A DNA stretch of 64,000 nucleotides from the NCBI RefSeq assembly GCF_009914755.1, contig NC_060930.1. The stretch is one strand, 5' to 3'. The notes under the pieces were generated by a model that was not told where the DNA came from, ran no database searches, and saw only the letters and a program-made list of their open reading frames with translations. Made by a program: the position numbers and the translations under genes. This stretch comes from the human T2T-CHM13v2.0 reference genome, Homo sapiens. Positions within the stretch are counted from its first letter, which is position 1; each line of letters starts with the position of its first letter. Positions 60,132 to 64,000 of this stretch are shown here, in pieces.

Positions 60132-63100
60132 AGAGAGGTGGAGCAAGATGACAGAATAGAAGGCTCTACTGATTGTTCCCACTACAAGGACACCAAGTTA
60201 ACAACTAGCTATGCAGAAAAAAAACCTTCATAAGAACAAAAAATCAGATGAGCACTCTTAGTACCCAGTTTTAACTTCATATCACTGAAAGAGGCACTGA
60301 GACATAGAACAGTCCAGAATCACTGAGGCTACCCCTCCCCTACCCCAGCAGTGGCCCTGTGGTGCAGAGAACCTCTCTGGGTGCTGCGAGAGGGAGAACA
60401 CAGGCTTTCTGAGGCATTGAACTCAGTGCTGTTCTGTTAGAGCAGAAAGGAAAACCAGATCAAATTCAGCTGATGCCTTCCCAGAAAGGGAGCATTTAAA
60501 CCGGCCTTAGCCAGATGGGAATCACTGATCCTAGTAGTTGATACTTGAGTTCTGTCAATCCTTGCTGTCAAGGTCTACAGTACTCTGTGTCTCCAAGTAA
60601 ACTTGAAAGGCAGTCTAGGCCTTAGGATCTGCAAATCTTAGGCAACTCCTAGTGCTGAACTAGGCACAGAGACAGTGAACTTGGATGGAAGGGAGGGGCA
60701 CGTGATCTACTGTGACACAAGCTAAGGCAGCTAAGGGAGTGCTGGCATCACCTCTCCCCTAAGGCAAGGCTGACCAGCCTGTGGCTCCAAAAGAGACCGC
60801 TTCCTTCTGCTTGAGGAAAGAAGAGGGAAGAGTAGGGAGGACATTTTCTTGCATCTTGGATACCAGCTCAGCCACAGCAAGATAGGGTACCTGTCAGACT
60901 CATGAGGCCTCCATTCCAAAGCCTAGCTTCCAGACAACATTTCTAGGCACACTCTGGGCCAGAAGGGAACCCACTGTCTTGAAGGAAAGACCCTAGTCCT
61001 GACAGCATTCATCATCTGCTAACTGAAAAGCCCTTAGGCCCTGAATAACCAGCAGTGATACCCAGGTACTACATTAATGGCCTGGGGTGAGTATCTGAGA
61101 CTTATTGGCTTCAGATGAGACTCAGGACATTACCAGATGTGGTGCCTATGGGGCAAAATTTCTTCTGCTTGAGAAAAGCAGAGGGAAGAGTAAAGGGGAC
61201 TTCGTCTTGCATATTAGGTAGCAGCACAGCTACAGGGGTGAAGAGCAACAAGCAGGCTTTTGGGGGTCGCTAATTCCAGGATTTGAGTCATAGCATTTAT
61301 GGACCTGCCCTGGGCCAAAGAGAAGCCCACTGTCCTGAAGGGTGTGTCCCAGGCCACGCAGTATTTACCACATGCTGAGTTAAGAGACTTTGGCCCTTAT
61401 GGGAACATTGGCTAGCCAGTCTGGCAGTAATGCAGAGCGCCTCTCCGGGCACTAGAGGAGGGAGAATGCAGTAATTGTGAGTCATTGAACTCACAGTGGT
61501 CTGGGGTGGCAGTGGCTATGGGGTAAGACTCCTCTGCCTTTGGAAAGGGGTGGGAAGAATGGGAAGGACTATGTTTTGTAGTTTGAGTACCACTCAGCTG
61601 CAGTACAATAGAATAGCAGGGAGACTTCTAAGGTTCTTGACTATAGTTTCTGGCTCTAGAAAGGCATCTCTGGACCCACCCAGGACCTGGGGACCTTGCT
61701 GCCCTGAAGGAAAGGACATAGGCCTGGTTTACTTTGCCACCAGCTGAGGCTAATTGTAGAGCCCCAGGGCCCTCAACAAACATAAGCTGTAGCTAGGGAG
61801 TGGTTACAGCAGGCCTTGGGTGAGACCCAGTGCTGCGCTGGCCTCAGGTCTGACTCAGTGCAGTCATAGTGGTGGTGGCCACAGGGGTGCTTGTGTCACT
61901 CCACCCCCAGCTTTACATGGCTCAGAGCAGGGAAAGACACTCTGGGAGAAAGTAAGGGAACAGAATAAAAGTTTCTGCCTGGTAATCCAGAGAATTCTCT
62001 CAGATCTTGTCCAAGACCATCAAGGCAGTCCCTCTATGAGTCAGCAATAAACAGAGTTGCTGGACTTAGGGTGCCCCCTAAAGCACATACAGCTTAGATC
62101 GCAACACCCAAGTCCTTTCAAATATCTGGAAAGCCATCCCAAGAAGGATGGGTACAAATAAGCCCAGACAGTGAAGACTACAGTAAATACCTAACTCTTC
62201 AGTGCCCAGACACTGACGAATATCCACAATCACCAAGACCATCCAGGAAATCATGACCTCGCCAAATGAACTGAATAAGGCACCAGGAACCAATCCTGGA
62301 GAAAGAGATACGTGACCTTTCAGACAGAGAATTCAAAATAGCAGTGTTAAGGAAACTCAAAGAAATTCAAGATAATGCCTAGAAGAAATTCAGAATTCTA
62401 TCAGATAAATTTACTGAAGAGATTAAAATAATGAAAGTGAATCAAGCAGAAATTTTAGAGCTGAAAAATGTAAGAGGCATACTGAAGAATGCATTAGAGT
62501 CCTTTAATAGCAGAATTAATGAAGCAGAAGAAAGAAATAGTGAGCTTGAAGACAGGCTATTTGAAAATACACAGAAGAGACAGAAGAAAAAATAATAAAA
62601 ATGAAGCATGCTTACAGGATCTGGAAACAGCCTCAAAAGGGCAAATCTAAGAGTTAGTGGCCTTAACATGGAGGTAGAGAAAGAGATAGGGGTAGAAAGT
62701 ATAGTAACAGATAATTTCCCAAACCTAGAGAACGATACCAGTATCTAAGTATAAGAAGATTACAGAACAACAAGCAGATGTTGCCCAGAGAAGACTACCT
62801 TAAGGCCTTTAATAATCAAATTCCTAAAGATCAATGATAAAGAAAGGATCCCAAAAACAGCAAGAGAAAAGAAACAAACAATGTACAATGGAGCTTCAAT
62901 AAGTCTGAAACAGACTTTTCAGTGGCAACCTTACAGGCTAGGAGAGAATGGCATGCAATATTTAAAGTGCTGAAAGAAAAACACTTTTACTCTAGAAGAG
63001 CATGTCTGCTGAAAATATATTTCAAGCATGAAGGAGAAGTAAAGACTCTCCCAAAGAAAATCAGAATGATTTCATCTACACCAGAGTTGTCCCACAAAAA

Positions 63101-64000
63101 CTGCTAAAGGGAGTACTTCAATCAGAAAGAAAAGGACATTAATGAACAATAAGTGACCACCTGAAGGTAAAAAACTCACTGGTTCTATTAAGTACACAGA
63201 AAACCATAAAATATTACTGTAACTGTGGTGTGTAAACTACTGTTGTCCTAAGTAGAAAGATTAAATGATTAATCAATCAAAAATAATAACTACAATAACT
63301 TTTCAAGACATAGTACAATAAGATACAAATAGAAACAACAAAAAGTTAAAGAGTAGGGGGATAAAGTCAAGACATAAAGTTTTTAATCTTTTTTGTTTTT
63401 GCTTGCTTGCTTGTTTATGCAAATAGTGTTATCAGGTTAAAATTATGGATTATGAGATAGTATTTAGAAGCCTCATGGTAACCTCAAAGCAAAAAACATA
63501 CTATGCATACATACAAATAAGCAATAAACTAAATCATATTACCAGAGAAAATCACCTTAACTACAAGAAGACAGGAAGGAAAAAAGGAAGAAAGAGAAGA
63601 CATAAAACATCCAGAAAACAAATCACAAAATGCCAGGAGTAAGTCCTAACTTATCAATAATAACACTGAATGTAAATGAACTAAACTCTCCAAAAGACAT
63701 AGACTGGCTGAATGGATGCAAAAACAAGACCCTAATCTGTTGTCAACAAGAAACATACTTCACCTATAAAGACACATATATACTGACAATAAAGGGATGG
63801 GAAAAGATATTCCATGATAATGGAAACCAAAAAAGAGAAGAAGCCATCATGCTTATATCAAACAAAATAGATTTCAAAACAAAAACTACAAGAAGACACA
63901 AAGAAGTTCACTATATAATGATAAAGGGGTCAATTCAGCAAGAGGATATAACAATTTTAAATATATATGCACCCAACACTAGAACATTCAGATATATAAA
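60132..64000 (+). mobile_element. L1MA-type LINE 5' portion running off the window
   Basis: gaggtggagcaagatg start, long repeat-containing 5'UTR, degenerate ORF1 (about 62250-63160), ORF2 start near 63630. Confidence 0.9.

Noticed and set aside
60800-61750. Repeated units of about 360 bp in GC-richer DNA
   Set aside because: Internal repeat structure of the L1MA-type 5'UTR, not a locus-specific array.

Overview
Repeat-dense hominoid (human or great-ape type) genomic DNA with no intact protein-coding gene, RNA gene or CRISPR array. Most of the window is interspersed repeats: a full-length dead L1PA3-type LINE (19.2-25.2 kb, minus), a 5'-truncated L1PA3 (10.1-11.0 kb), a full-length ancient L1MB-type LINE (26.4-33.9 kb), further L1M/L1PB pieces, THE1/MST/MLT1 MaLR elements, six Alus, and L2, L3 and MIR relics. 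The main unexpected signal lies in the unique DNA between the repeats. About 23 AG..GT-bounded plus-strand segments (0.86-53.4 kb) mostly join in compatible intron phases. Their translations, which carry scattered stops and frameshifts, show degenerate protein-kinase subdomain motifs in the correct order about four times in a row, including one LLHRDL catalytic loop. I interpret this as a decayed, intron-containing (unitary-type) pseudogene for a tandem multi-kinase-domain protein that I cannot name. This is by-eye inference and needs HMM and comparative confirmation. Also notable: a recent three-part templated insertion at 33.26-33.47 kb, a probable gene-conversion tract between two inverted L1PA3 copies, and an open 102-aa L1 ORF0 whose antisense promoter points into the pseudogene exons. 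Repeat subfamily names come from remembered consensus sequences and boundaries of old repeats are approximate.
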